Shown here: positions 43,566 through 57,921 of the stretch, in pieces
Layout: the number at the start of each line of letters is the position of its first letter
Position numbering within the stretch: the first letter of the stretch is position 1
Assembly: GCA_951406725.2 (NCBI GenBank)
Contig: OX597814.1
Span: forward strand, 214,520,001 to 214,584,000
Source of the DNA: Octopus vulgaris
Lineage: Eukaryota
Direction of reading: 5' to 3'
DNA: 64,000 nt
Position numbers and translations under genes: made by a program
The notes under the pieces: model-generated
Databases searched by the model: none
Seen by the model: only the letters and a program-made list of their open reading frames with translations
What the model was told of the DNA's origin: nothing

Positions 43566-44025
43566 TCATCATCATCGTTTAGCGTCCGCTTTCCATGCTA
43601 GCATGGGTGGGACGGTTCAACTGGGGTCTGGGAAGCCAGAAGGCTGCACCAGGCCCAGTTTGATCTGGCAATGTTTCTACGGCTGGATGCCCTTCCTAAC
43701 GCCAACCACTCCATGAGTGTACTGGGTGCTTTTTACGTGCCACCGGCACAGGTATCAGACGAGTCTGGCAAATGGCCACGATCGGATGGTGCTTTTTACG
43801 TGCCACCGGCACGAGGCCAGTCGGGGCGGCGCTGGCAACGGCCACATTTGGATGGTTCTCTTACGTGCCACCGGCACTGGTAACTCAGCTGCAATTTCCA
43901 TTGATCGATTTCGATTCTGATTCTCACTTGCCTCAACAGTTTTTGACAAGTAGAGTTTTGTGTCCCAAGAAGGGAAAGTATGCATAAGTGGGCTGGCTAC
44001 ATCCCATGTAGAAGGCCACGGGTTA
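43566..44025 (-). mobile_element. RTE-like LINE 3' UTR
   Basis: Reverse match to 20910-21510. Confidence 0.88.
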
Positions 44026-44740
44026 TATTAGAAAGAAATTTTGAAGGAAGACTTAGACTTAGGTCAGTTTAAAAAAGCTTATAGAATAAGACCAAGGGCT
44101 GTCTCAAATAGATTGGTATCAAAGGGGTTTAAACTAACATCTTTGTTAACCTCGATAAAATTGTTCTTTTATACAACTGTAAGTACATCCATGAGTGGTG
44201 TGATTCAATATGGAAATAAAACAGGCCAGGGGAAGTCAGAATATTTGGAAACAATTAACTCTTATCTGTGGATTTAATAGACAAAGAAATACAAACCAGT
44301 TGAGAAAACATTTGTGTATCAGATGATAAGTATTGTTTTAGTAGTGTTGATTGAACATCGTTTACCTTGCAAGTCACTGATAAAATGAATGAATTAGTCA
44401 CAACTTCTAGCCATATCTATTTCATTAATATTGTGATGATACTGTACTAATATTTAGATTCTAATATCTGTGACACCCATTTTTATAAAGAAAGTTTTGT
44501 TGTTACATTAAGTAGCTAAAGGGACTACACGCACATTAACTCACCAAATGTGTATCAAGAGTATTTCTGAATTTGAGGTTCAAGAGGTGATTGTACAGAT
44601 ATTGACATAAAATGTTTATGAATGATGCATATTGAATAAGAAATATTTTTAAGCTGGAAGTAGAAAAGAGTGAAGAATACCACCTTGTTTGTTGTGATAA
44701 CAACAAACAAGGTGAGGACACCTATCTGTCCAATAGAATA

Positions 44741-44836
44741 ATGTATGTATGTATGTATGTAAGTATGTATGTATGTATGTATGTATGTATGTATGTATGT
44801 ATGTATGTATGTATGTATGTATGTATGTATGTATGT
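44741..44836. repeat. (TATG)n microsatellite
   Basis: Direct. Confidence 0.97.
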
Positions 44837-44846
44837 AGACATGCAC

Positions 44847-45629
44847 TAAGTGCATTCCAGAAGTTTTGAGACTTTTTGTTATTCCAGACTGGAGGAACTG
44901 GCTATAACAGCACTTTGAAGAACACACCTTTCTAAACGCTGTTTGTCACAATTGACTACCTTGTAAAATGCAGTTGGGACATGAAGACAATTTGGAAGCT
45001 CACTTGGGGATAAAGTTTTGTATTAAACTGGGTAAAAATGCTGCAGAAACTTATGAAATGCTCCATATGGATTAATTTGTATGAGCCAAGAATCTGTTTT
45101 ACGTTGGCATAAGAGACAAGCCAAAGCAAGTCCACTAGGAAGCTCATGACAATTCCCTTTTTCAACAGTAAGGGCATCGTCTACATCCACTGGGTTCCCT
45201 CTTGTTGGACGGTGAACAAAAAGTACTTTGTGAAAGATTTGAAGGTGTTCAGAAAGTAATTTCATTGCAAAAGGCCAGAACACCTGCATCAGGACAATGC
45301 ACCATTCCAGAATTCCATTCTGGTAACCAACTACTTGACAGAGATGGGCATCAAAATTGTCCATCCCCACTCCCTACAGTCCAGACCTTGCTCCTGGTGA
45401 CTTCTTGTTGTTCCCTAAGCTGAAGGAGAAGATGAAGGAAGATGTGCCAAGAGTCCTCGACACCTTTACCTTGGAGAACATCCATGGGGTCTTTACGAAG
45501 TGGTTGGAGCACTACAAGTGTATTGAAGTCAGAGGATCCTACTTTGAAGGAAATTAGTGTTTTATACTTCTTTGAAATTAATAAACATCTCTCATGAAAA
45601 AGTCTCGAAACTTCTGGAATGCATCTTGT
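44847..45629 (+). mobile_element. internally deleted mariner transposon
   Basis: TIR TGCATTCCAGAAGTTT(T/C)GAGACTTTT; IKFCIKLGKNAAETYEML, LHQDNAP and PYSPDLAPGDFLLFPKLK (mariner DD34D-type) fragments. Confidence 0.88.
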
Positions 45630-46177
45630 CCATCCAAAGTGCTTCTACCAGTCTTCATCTACCAAATCCACTCATAAGGCTTTGGTTGGCTTCTGCCATG
45701 CAGAAGGACTGAACCCACTGTTATAACTCTAGTTATTCTTTCATATTACGTTTTCACAATTCCAGGACATGGCTAATGTATTTCCCTTGGCTCCGCTTAA
45801 TGTAGGAGAAAGAATAGTTATATAATTCGAGTTTAAAATCAAATATACCCCATTTAAACTTCAAATAGCAAGAATTTTTCTGGAAGTACACAATACTATG
45901 ACTTTCAACCATTCAAAATTCTATGTGCAAATGACTGTTCACATACATTTACAAATAAAACAACAAAAGGCTGAACTCCACGTTTTTTTTTACTACTTCA
46001 AAGTTCACAATAAATTCTGCAATCTGAAACTATCACAAAACACTCTCATCAAACATTGCCAACATGTAGTGATTGTATCTATTGACTATTGATTAAATTC
46101 AGTATGACTTACTAAAAAACTGCTGAACAGAGGTACTGCAATTTTTTGGCTCTCCAAACAAAAGGGCTTTATTTAAA

Positions 46178-46392
46178 CTTTTACTTGTCTCAGTCATTGG
46201 ACTGCAGCCATGTTAGGGCACCAGCTTAATGTAGGTAGTTGAACAAATTGACCTCTCTATTTATTTTTAAGTTTAGTACTTATTCTATCAGTCTCTTTTT
46301 GCTGAACCACTAAGTTATAGGGATATAAAGAATCCAACACCAGTTGTCAAACACTGGTGGGAGACAAACACACACACACACACACGCGTGCG

Positions 46393-46469
<77 letters not shown>

Positions 46470-47181
46470 CACACACACATATATATGATAGGCTTCTACA
46501 CAGATTCTGGCTACCAAATTCCCTCAGAAAGCATTGGTTGACTCAGAGCTATAGTGGAAGATATTTGTCCAAAGTGCTGCACAATGGGACTGAACCTGAA
46601 ACCGCGAGGTTTGCAAAGTATTGATCTGGTGGAATCATTACTGAGCCAGACAAAATACTGAGTGATGTTTCTTCTGTCCCTTTATGTTCTGGGTTCAAAT
46701 ACCACCAAGGTCAATTTTACCTTTCATTCTTTTGGAAGCGATAAAATAGATCCCAGTCCAGAACTGGGATCGCTACAATTGGTTTCCCTGTTTCATCAAA
46801 ATTGCTGACCTTATACCAAAATTAGAAATAAGTATTACTGCTATTGTTATTGCTAGTATATGAAGTGATCAAAATTGGAAATAGATCATCATCATCATCG
46901 TTTAACGTCCGTTCTCCATGCTAGCATGGGTTGGATGGTTCGACCGGGAATCTGGGAAGCCAGAAGGCTGCACCAGGCTCCAGTCTGATCTGGCAGTGTT
47001 TCTACAGCTGGATGCTCTTCCTAACGCCAACCACTCCGTGAGTGTAGTGGGTGCTTTTTATGTGCCACCGGCACAGGTACCAGGCGAAGCAGGCAACGGC
47101 CATGATCGGATTGGTGCTTTTTACGTGCCACCGGCACAGAAGCCAGTCAAGGCGAAATAAAATAAATGAAATAAAGTAAAA

Positions 47182-47216
<35 letters not shown>

Positions 47217-47457
47217 ATGTGTATGTTTGTGTGTCTGTGTTTGTCCCCCTAGCATTGCTTGACAACTGATGCTGGTGTGTTTATGTCCCCGTCACTTAGC
47301 AGTTCGGCAAAAAGAGACTGATAGAATAAGTACTGGGCTTATAAAAGAATAAGTCCCGGGGTCGAGTTGCTCGATTAAAGGCGGTGCTCCAGCATGGCCG
47401 CAGTCAAATGACTGAAACAAGTAAAAGAGTAAAAGAGTAAAAGATTAAAAAGAGTAA
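46178..47457. mobile_element. cluster: degenerate SINE-B (-), degenerate SINE-A (+), RTE 3' fragment (46886-47155, -), SINE-B 3' half (47222-47457, +)
   Basis: Matches to other copies in the window. Confidence 0.75.
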
Positions 47458-48684
47458 ATAAAACCCAAAACCAAAATTGTCCCAATGTTTTCTGATGTCT
47501 AGGACTGCATCTGTAGTAGTAGTTCTGGAACCATTTGATGGTGCATATGGTGCTGTCTGCTAGTGAGTGTAGCTTCTATAGTTATATTTTTTTTAAAGAA
47601 AGTCTGTTGTTGTAAGATTGAATGTATTTATATATACTTATGTACAGGTCACATGTGCATCAGAACTTACTAACTGATACTTAACCCAATAATTCTATTC
47701 TAATGCCTCTGAATACCTGTTGTAATGTATAAATATACGTGTGTATATATATAATACATACACACATACACACATACATACATATCATGTCACCCATTTT
47801 AATACCAACTCCTGACTCATCTTAGGCTCACATCCAACTAGTACAATGTGGTTCACAAATATACCAACCTGTAGCTATTACACATACTACCTTTTCCTGT
47901 TTTTGCTTTTTCTGCCACTGCTAAAATGAACTTAGTTCCTTGGAACTTTAATTCAAGCATTTCCAACACCCTCATCTCTTCTCTTCTGACCATATACTTT
48001 ATGCTGACTCCCACCAAGTTTCTCACTGATCTTTAATACCAGTTCTTTATTCCCAGAGCCACCTTCTGGGATTCCTTCTCTGCACATGCTTTTTATTCTG
48101 CAGCAGCAAACTTGCAACTGTCCAAGTGTATTGTTAGTAGCACTAGTCTGAACAGTCATGCTGGGCCTGTGATGGTCATGTCAGCAATGAGCACATCTCT
48201 CCTCTTCTACACTAAGTGAATTAGAAAGAACTGAACCAGACACTTGTAATTATAAACCAATTTATTATAAAAAATTAAATCATTGTATAGTGACAATTAG
48301 AACTACATGATTTCTTTTTAGTATTCAGTTCCTTTACATTACAAGTCTGCCCCATATATAAATGATAAAAGTACACAACATTTTGCCTTCAATTTTATGC
48401 TAAATGACTCTATTATAGATACATATATGTCATCTATAAGTCATTGCTTCAACCCACAATTTACATATGACTAGATGTTTGTTTGATGGTGGATATGCAA
48501 TGTAAATACTCTTCTATATCAATTCATTTTAAACTACTACTATGCTATCTACATATACAAATGATAATGCAAAACAGTTCAATTATTCATTTGCTGTAAC
48601 AGTCCCAAATGTATAGTGTTTGAATTTATACTGAGTATTATGAATAATAAAACTTATATATATTTGAATGCATATAAACATTAA

Positions 48685-49088
48685 GTGGTAAGTAGCTTGC
48701 TAACCAACCACATGGTTCCGGGTTCAGTCCCACTGCGTGGCATCTTGGGCAAGTGTCTTCTGCTATAGCCCCGGGCCGACCAATGCCTTGTGAGTGGATC
48801 TGGTAGACGGAAACTGAAAGAAGCCTGTCGTATATATGTATATATATATATAAGTGTGTGTGTATATGTTTGTGTGTCCGTGTTTGTCCACCTAGCATTG
48901 CTTGACAACCGATGCTGGTGTGTTTACGTCCCCGTCACTTAGCGGTTCGGCAAAAGAGACCTATAGAATAAGTACTGGGCTTACAAAGAATAAGTCCCGG
49001 GGTCGATTTGCACGACTAAAGGCGGTGCTCCAGCATGGCCGCAGTCAAATGACTGAAACAAGAAAAAGAGTAACAAGAGAGTAAAGAG
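48685..49088 (+). mobile_element. SINE-B, slightly 5' truncated
   Basis: Near-identical to 10261-10678. Confidence 0.9.
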
Positions 49089-49093
49089 TATTA

Positions 49094-49316
49094 CCCTTTC
49101 ATTACTGTATTTCTGTTGAGATGCTCTGTGTTTCTCTCAATTACTTTAAATATAACAAAGAATTTAGTAAAATAACTCTGTTATCATTCAGCTAGTGTAT
49201 TAGGAACATAAATTGTGACTGAGGTTTGGTGGAAGATTTTAATTCAAAACTTATGAAAACAAGACATTTGTATTACAGGACCAGAGCCGGTTTCAGCCGG
49301 GTTGGAAACGAAAGGG
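49094..49316. mobile_element. piggyBac-like MITE
   Basis: CCCTTTC...GAAAGGG ends; reverse match to 22928-23148. Confidence 0.8.
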
Positions 49317-49813
49317 TTACAAGCCAACTGTAAATTCTTAGTTATAATTTATTTATAAGGCTGGGATGTTCCTATTATGAATATTTTTTTGGGAAAAAAA
49401 AAAATTACACTCAATGACTTCACTTGAGAAATGCATGTGATTTGTTTTGTTGGTTTCCACCTGAATGTGTAGTATCACATGACCAGGAAGGAATACCTGT
49501 TGGTAATATGTTCTAAATAACATCTGTCTAGGGAAAAATGAGTAAGCTTGGTAGTGGTAGTACTACTACCTGATCATATTTTCTTTCTTCACCTATTATT
49601 CCTCACTATCACCGTCTTCACTTACTTCATTATATCAACAACTTCCTGTACAAGTAATCATAGTCGTGATAATAATTAAGCATAGACACATATATATGTT
49701 AGTTAAAAATAAACAATTTCTCGAGGAGTTAATTGTGCCAGAGTGGGTTTATTACCTTTCTATTAAAGAAAAAAAAAAAAAGAAAATCAAAGTAGGAATA
49801 TTTTTTCCTTCAG

Positions 49814-49846
49814 ATGCAGAAATTCTAGAAGTGTGCCTGTCAGATG
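49814..49846 (+). CDS. candidate 33-nt exon
   Basis: TTTTTTCCTTCAG acceptor, ATG|GTAAGG donor, frame-preserving length, open in two phases; unverified. Confidence 0.3.
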
Positions 49847-50397
49847 GTAAGGATTGTTGGCTGTACTTAAGAACTAAAAGCATTCCAAGTCAGTGATGAA
49901 AATAATCTCACAGTCTTATAAACTTCAACCAGAAAATGTTATTTATATGACAAAAGACAACTTTTGATATTTTGGTAAGATTAGCATATTAAGTTAGCGA
50001 GCTGCCAGAATTGTCAGAGTGTTAGGCAAAATGGTTTTGCTTTGTTTACATTGTGAGTTCAAGTCCTACCAAAGTCAACTTTGCTTTCATCCCTCTGGCG
50101 TGGTGGGAGTTAATAAAATATAGTACCAGTTTTGTACTGTCATCAGTGTAACAGACTAACTCCTGTCCCACTGAATCCCATCAAAATTACTTGCCTTTTT
50201 GTTTAAATTAGAAACAATTGTTATTTGTAAATAATATCTGATGGTTTGAGCATAAAAATGCAAAACATAAATTGGATTTACTTCACCATCAAAGACTAGA
50301 TATTTCTATTCCATTCCATTCTTTCCCTGAATAATTTTTATGATTTAAAGTTTCTTAAAACATGTATTAGTGTTAAGTTCTGAAAAATTCCTTGCTT

Positions 50398-50459
50398 AAA
50401 AAAACTGATTTGAAAAAAATTGATTTGAAAAAATTGATTTGAAAAAATTGATTTGAAAA
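50398..50459. repeat. about 14-bp minisatellite (AAAAAATTGATTTG) x4
   Basis: Direct. Confidence 0.9.
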
Positions 50460-50528
50460 GCAAAATTACAATGTTATGTTGACTAAGTTAAATAATGATT
50501 TGTACTGAACTGAACTGCTGTGGTTTAA

Positions 50529-50750
50529 CCCTTTTGATACCAACCTGGCTGAAACTGCCCCTTGCTTTGTAGTAGAAATGTCTTGTTTTCAAAAGTTCTG
50601 AATTAAAATCTTCCACCAGACCTTAGTCAAAATTTATGTTCCTAACACAAGTTTAATGATAACTAAGTTATTTTACTAAATTCTTGGTTATATTTAAAAT
50701 TAATTGAAAGAAACACAGAACATCTCAACAAGAATATGGTAAGAAAAGGG
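50529..50750. mobile_element. piggyBac-like MITE
   Basis: TTAA|CCCTTTT...AAAAGGG|TTAA. Confidence 0.85.
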
Positions 50751-50989
50751 TTAAGATTAAGGCTCTAAATTACTCAACCATTTGTCAATCAGTTCAGATT
50801 GTACTGACGAAAAAAAGCTCTATAAGTTGTTGGCAGTTATGGGGACCCAAGCCATGTGTATTAGTGAAATCCAACTAGTTGATATCCTTGCTGTTCTTAC
50901 ATCTTGCTATTCTTACTTGCTATTCTTATACCACTGAATGAACATCCAAACCATCTGTACATTCTCAGTGCATCTTCATGTATGTGTGC

Positions 50990-51023
<34 letters not shown>

Positions 51024-51514
51024 CCATATATACCCTTTCTACTATAGGCACAAGGCCTGAAATTTTGGGGAAGGGGATAAGTCGATTACATCAACCCCAG
51101 TGCGTAACTCGTACTTTTTTCATCAACCCCAAAAGGATGAAAGGCAAAGTCGGCCTCAGCGGAATTTGAACTCAGAACGGAGTGACGGGCGAAATACCGC
51201 TAAGCATTTCGTCCAGCGTGCTACTGATTCTGCCAGTCTTTATGTCTGTGTTTGTCCCCCACCACCACTTGACAAATGCTGCTTGTGTGTTTACATCCAC
51301 GTAACTTAGTGGTTCAGCAAAAGAGGCCAATAGAATATATACCAAGCTTTAAAAAAAATAATAAGTACTAGAGTCGTTACATTTGACAAAAAAATTCTTC
51401 AGGGTGGTGCTTCTGCATGGCCACAGTCTAATGACTGAAACACTTTTTTTTATGACTTTTATGAGATGTGCATAACTTAGGGAAATAATATAGGCATGGC
51501 TGTGATTATAGGTG

Positions 51515-52100
51515 CTGGTATGGCTGTGTGGTAAGGCGCTTGCTTCTCAACTACATGGTTTCATGTTCAGTCGCAAAGCATGGCACCTTGGGCAAGGGTC
51601 TTCTACTAAAGCCCTTGTTCAACCAAAGCCTTGTGAGTGGATTTGGTTAGACAGGTACCTAAAGAAGCTTGTCATATATATTTATATATTTGTGCCAGTG
51701 GCACGTAAAAAGCACCCACTACACTCTTGGAGTGGTTGGCGTTAGGAAGGGCATCCAGCTGTAGAAACTCTGCCAAATTAAGATTGGAGCCTGGTGCAGC
51801 CATCTGGTTCACTAGCCCTCAGTCAAAATCGTCCAACCCATGCTAGCATGGAAAGCAGACGTTAAATGATGATGATGATGTGTATGTGTGTCTTTGTGTT
51901 TGTGTTTGCCTTCCTTCTTTACCATTTAACAACCAATGTTTGTTTGTTTACACTCCCCATAAATTAGCAGTTCCGCCATAAAGACTAAGAGAATAAGCCC
52001 CAGACTTAAAAAAATAATTACTGGGGTCGCTTTGTTTGACCCTTCGAGGGAGCACACAAAGATGGCTACAGTCCAGCAGCTGAAACAGGTAAAAGGTAAA
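51515..52100 (+). mobile_element. old SINE-B with an RTE 3' end (51691-51879) inserted in its internal (TA)n
   Basis: SINE-B head, RTE UTR plus GAT tail, SINE-B 3' half. Confidence 0.78.
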
Positions 52101-52515
52101 ACAGAAAAATTGTGTTTGAGAACATTTTATCATTATGATAATTGATACTGAAAGATATTAAAAGTGTGTCCGAGAAGGTGATGTTACAAAGACTCTGGTT
52201 CAGGACTGTGTGAAGAAAATGTCTGGGTTTGAATCAGAAAATGCTATAAATAGCATTTTTTTATCTTCCTGATAAAAACGAAGCATTTTTATCTTCTGTG
52301 TTCAAGTTCAGATATAATTAGTTCTGTTATCAACATCATTGCATGTCATATAAGCAATGCTGAAATAATTAATCATGGACTACTAGCAGAGTTTTGTCTG
52401 TCAGGGATCAGAAATTACTTTTAACCATAATCAAAAGATGTGTGTTCTTGTATATATTTAGAATATATAACATTGAAAGATTTAGATTGAAAAAGTATTG
52501 TTATATATATATATA

Positions 52516-52896
52516 CTAGCAGTATCGCCCGGCGTTGCTTGGGTTTGTAAGGGAAATAACTATATAAACATTTTCAGAGAGTTATAGCCAAAAAATAGCA
52601 AAAAAAATGCGTTAAAAATGGAAAAAAAATGATGGTAAATTTTTAAAAATCGTTGACTCATCGTAGACATTTTTAGAGAGTTACTTCCCTTATATAATAG
52701 CGAAAAAATGCATTAAAATGGAGAAAAATGATGGTAAATTTTTTCAAAAATCGTAGACTCATTGTAGACACGCGCTAATACCCAGAAGGGCTCGATATGA
52801 ATCACGACTATAAGATACTCGGTTTTGGTTAAACTGCACCGCAAAATGTGGGAGTAGTTAGGAATCTAAATCGTAGGAGACAGACACACAACTTGA

Positions 52897-52905
<9 letters not shown>
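52516..52905 (-). mobile_element. non-autonomous Helitron-like element
   Basis: Minus-strand 3' end ...CCCAAGCAACGCCGGGCGATACTGCTAG|T (subterminal GC hairpin plus CTAG); internal about 100-bp tandem duplication; no TSD. Confidence 0.65.
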
Positions 52906-52931
<26 letters not shown>

Positions 52932-53191
52932 AAACATCTTATTTGGCAACTGAAATGGTATCAAACACTCAAAGTTTTTCACATTTCACTTTATTGTACA
53001 CTCAACATTCTACATTGTATAAAATAGAATTTCTAGGAATTACCTAAAATAATCCAACCATATTTGCAACACGTGTAGAAGAGAGCAATAAAAGCAAAAA
53101 TAGCCCCAGACTCAAGACTCTCACAGGCATCACATTTAACCAATTAAAAGAAACAATAGCAACACTAATGTATAAACCATATGTTATACAC

Positions 53192-53590
53192 TATTTCTTT
53201 ACTACACACAAGGGGCTAAACACAGAGGGGACAAACAAGGACAGACAAACGAATTAAGTCGATTACATCGACCCCAGTGCGTAACTGGTACTTATTTAAT
53301 CGACCCCGAAAGGATGAAAGGCAAAGTCGACCTGGGCGAAATTTGAACTCAGAACGTAACGACAGACGAAATGCCTATTTCTTTACTACACACAAGGGGC
53401 TAAACACAGAGGGGACAAACAAGGACAGACAAACGGATTAAGTCGATAAGTAACTAGTACTTATTTAATCGACCTCGAAAGGATGAAAGGCAAAGTCGAC
53501 CTCAGCGGAATTTCAACTCAGAAGTAACGGCAGACAAAATACCGCTAAGCATTTTGCCCGATGTGCTAACGATTCTGCCAGCTCGCCGCC
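53192..53590 (-). mobile_element. SINE-A dimer
   Basis: Two units joined at GACGAAATGCC|TATTTC; imperfect TSD ACCATAT(G/A)TTATACAC. Confidence 0.85.
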
Positions 53591-54376
53591 TTCATACACC
53601 ATATATTATACACATCACGGACTGCATTGATCTTGTCAAATCCTCCAACCTTTGTACAGCAAACTACTAAAAAACAGAAAGCAGTGCACTTTGCATCATC
53701 ACAAGCTGCATACAGATGCCATTGGTAGACTGCTTAGAAGAAAGCAAGAATAGAGAAAAATGAAAGATTACAATTTATTTCCACAGAAAGCTCCACACTG
53801 CATAATCCCCATCACTACATGAATGATCACTCCTGAATACTCAAACACATCTACAATTCTCTCCTAAAAACTCTCACTCCCACTCAGTCTGTTTAGACAC
53901 AGACATACAAAAAATAGCAGCAACATCAATAACCCCATTAACTCCAAATTGTGAACACCACCAAGTGTATGCAGAGCATTGTTTAGGGCTAATGACATTA
54001 TTGATGTAGAAGATGAGCAATTGCTGCTCTCTACACGAATTTATTTTGCCTGCCTCTACTGTAAATATAGTCAGATCCTACAAGCAAACAGAACAAAAAC
54101 AAAACAAAACAAAGCAAAACAAAAAAAGAAACAAGATGGTCTGTGAAAAAGAAAAGCAATCTAGAATGCTACACTTCACCCATACAATAAAATTATTGCA
54201 TAGTGGAAGGCACTGTAGGATCTTCCATAAAGCAGAGGGGTAATGAACACGAAGCCATGCATCAATTGACAAAATGTAGATCACATTTAATCTTTAGGTC
54301 AACAACTACTTACATACCACAGAGTCGACCTGGGGTTATACAACACCAACAACAATATTTATAATTTATGAGTATC

Positions 54377-54809
54377 ATGGCTCGCAGGATGGCCTGCTGT
54401 GCTAACCTTGGATGGTAGGGTGACCTGCTGTTCTTGAGGAGACCTATTGAGTTAAGTATGTCAACATCAGCATCAAAATAAAAATCAAATGGAAATTGTA
54501 GTTAATATGAATGTGCCGGTGACATGTAAAAAGCACCGTCCGAACGTGGCAGATGCCAGCGCCGTCTGACTGGCGTCCGTGTCTGTGACACGTAAAAGCA
54601 CCAACTGATCGTGGCCGTTTGCCAGCCTCCTCTGGCCTCTGTGCTGGTGGCACATAAAAAAACACCCACTACATTCACGGAGTGGTTGGCGTTAGGAAGG
54701 GCATCCAGCTACACTGCCAGGTCAGACTGGAGCCTGGTGCAGCCTCCTGGCTTCCCAGACCCTGGTCGAACCGTCCAACCCATGCTAGCATGGAAAACAG
54801 ACGTTAAAC

Positions 54810-54863
<54 letters not shown>

Positions 54864-54883
54864 AATGATTATGATGATGATGA
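54377..54883 (+). mobile_element. RTE-like 3' UTR with long (GAT)n tail
   Basis: Matches 21130-21530. Confidence 0.85.
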
Positions 54884-55219
54884 TCTTAAGAGTAAGTTAT
54901 GCCTTTCTTGCTTCCTTTCTTACAGCATATGCTCCTATGCAAATGATACTGACCTTTACGCTTTCTTAAACCTCTCCCACCCAAACATCATTTACATACT
55001 AAACAAATATCCCTTACCAGACTTTCACTACCTATATCATAAGAAATCTCAAACATATCCTTCAATGGGGATGTTAGCAACTTAGTCTTTTTCCGCATCA
55101 AAAATAAACAATTGCTACATTTATCAAGGAAGTGTCTCTTGTATTATGCTGTCTCAATATTATTATTATTATAATCATCATCATCCATCTATATCAATAA
55201 CATAAAAATTAAACTAGTA

Positions 55220-55658
55220 GGCACAGGAGTGGCTGTGTGGTAAGTAGCTTGCTTACCAACCACATGGTTCCAGGTTCAATCCCACTGCATGGTACCTTGG
55301 GCAAGTGTCTTCTACTATAGCCTCGGGCCGATCAAAGCCTTGTGAGTGGATTTGGTAGATGGAAACTGAAAGAAGCCTGTCGTATATATGTATATGTATA
55401 TATATTTGTGTGTGTTTGTGTGTCTGTGTTTGTTCCCCCAACATTGTTTGACAACCGATGCTGATGTGTTTACGTCCCCGTAACTTAGCGGTTCGGCAAA
55501 AGAGACCAATAGAATAAGTACTGAGCTTACAAAAGAATAAGTCCTGGAGTTGATTTGCTCGACTAAAGGCAGTGCTCCAGCATGGCCGCACTCCAGCATG
55601 GCCGCACTCCAGCATGGCCGCACTCAAATGACTGAAACAAGTAAAAGAGTAAAAGAGT
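55220..55658 (+). mobile_element. SINE-B with a triplicated 16-bp tail motif
   Basis: CTCCAGCATGGCCGCA x3 at about 55575-55622. Confidence 0.9.
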
Positions 55659-57690
55659 ATCAAAGTAGTTTCAAATTATGAGCCTCACACACCTTTATGA
55701 ACCCTCGTGGAAACCTCTTGTAGATAATATTGCTAAACCTGCATCCCGAATACAAGGATTCTTCTTCTTCTTCAGAGCGAGAAAATACTTCATATCTATT
55801 AAGTTGCCAACTTTCCACAAATTGAAAGTTTTACACACTGAAGTATTATTCATATGGAAGGTACTGTGCTGTCGGCACATTCATTAACATCCTTCAAAAA
55901 AAGAAGGCCAAATGGCTGATAGCTGAAGATTAACATATTTGCTAAGCCACTGGCTCAAAGACTTGCAGTTTATTCTCTCTGCTTTCCTATCACTGATATA
56001 ACAGCTTCTGTCGCTGAAGTATCTGACTGTATATTTCCTCCACATGATGCACCCTCTTCTCTTTCATTACTTTTACTGTGTCTCACCTCCTAGAACCATG
56101 CTAATCATAATCCAATATTTTCTTGATAGAAACACTATCTCCTAGAATTCCCACCCTACCAGCACTTTTCCTGTAGATTGACTTCCAGACATTACAAATT
56201 CAATATCAAATACATTGGAAATTACAAATGTCTTAGGTACTACCCCTCACCATCTGACTTAGAATATGCTAGGACTTAGAATAAGCTAGGTTCTTGCCAA
56301 CTGTTTTGTCATTTGATTCACAGAAATTTACAAGTAAAACATTTAAAAGCAATTGTGTTTATCTTATGCCAAGAACACCCTTGAAAGGGAGTGATATCTT
56401 CAGCATTATTCAACCTAAATTGGTTCCTAATGCTTGAAGATTTGGCCCTGATCTACTAAACAATCGCTACTTTACCTAGATATTTTGTTGACCCCTGTAA
56501 TAATGTCCCAGAGATAGTTTAATCTTTATTCATTACAGCTACCAACATCCATGGGAAAGATGCTATGGAATGCATTATCAGTAGATTATCATTTAGGAAT
56601 TCAACTATTTCAGACTACCATAAAAATCTCGTCAGCTTTTAGATATAAATAAATAAATACGAAATTTGACTTTTAATTCGAAAGAATTTATGTAATTGAG
56701 ACTTGTAATTTTGAGAAATTTTGATAGTTATTTTTGTTATTAATGAAAATAGTGCCTTTTGAGAGTATCAGAGTAGATCAGATTCAGATTAAAATACTGA
56801 GGAAATTGGATATATTATTAAACAGCATATGATATGCGTGTAAGAAAACATACAATTAAAACTGATAAACTATAAAAACAAAGAACAAAGAACAAAGAAC
56901 AGACAAACAGCTGTACATAGGGAAACTGAAGTATTTAGTGTTAAACAATTTAGAAGGCAATGAATAGTATTAAGCTAAACTGCTGCCTAGAACATTTCTG
57001 TTTAAAGAAAATAACATACAATTCAGTAAAAAAAAACCCTTAAAATAACATAAAATATTGATGAAAGTACTGCAAGGATATATTGCTAGAATTTTTTTAA
57101 AAAATGTAAGAATTTAAAATATAAAAAGAAATTATAAGGTGGATGTTGATATATCCAGCTTTCACCTATGATTTGGTCACATCTTGTTGGTTATTATATA
57201 TATATTTGCAGCCTATTTTTAGGGATGAAAACATAGCTCTGTTTTGAGGCACGCCTGTATTGTGTTTTACAATCCCTACAACTCTTATTACAACATGTAA
57301 CATAACCTGCATAGTTGCTTTCGGCAAATTATTATTCATTGTCTTTTAAAAGAAGATTTACTATACAATGCAATTTTAGCTTCACTTAAGTCATGCTTTG
57401 AGAAAAGTGTGTTTTTTACTTCCTCATTTTGTAAATCAGATACTTGGAACACATTTTAATATATTTCTATTCTGCTTCATATTAAGGTACTCTGATTACA
57501 GAGTACCCTAATATGAAACAGAATAGAAATATAGTGTTAGCCTTCATAAGCATTTTATGAGATTATATATGAAATCAAATATAGATAAGGAGTTATTAAC
57601 TAGCAAAAGACAAATCATAAAACTTAAAACAGTTAAAGTCAGAGTACTAAACTTGTTTATCAATGGTTCAGTGGGACTTAGCTCAATACC

Positions 57691-57921
57691 TATTTCTTTA
57701 TTACCTACAAGGGGCTAAACACAGAGGGGACAAACAAGGACAGACATAGTTATTTAGTCGATAATATCGACCCCAGTGCGTAACTGGTACTTATTTAATC
57801 GACCCCGAAAGGATGAAAGGCAAAGTTGACCTCGGCGGAATTTGAACTCACAACGTAACGGCAGACGAAATACGGCTATGCATTTTGCCCGGCGTGCTAA
57901 CGTTTCTACCAGCTCGCCGCC
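57691..57921 (-). mobile_element. SINE-A (long form)
   Basis: TSD TTAGCTCAATACC; extra T-run at the 5' junction. Confidence 0.9.
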
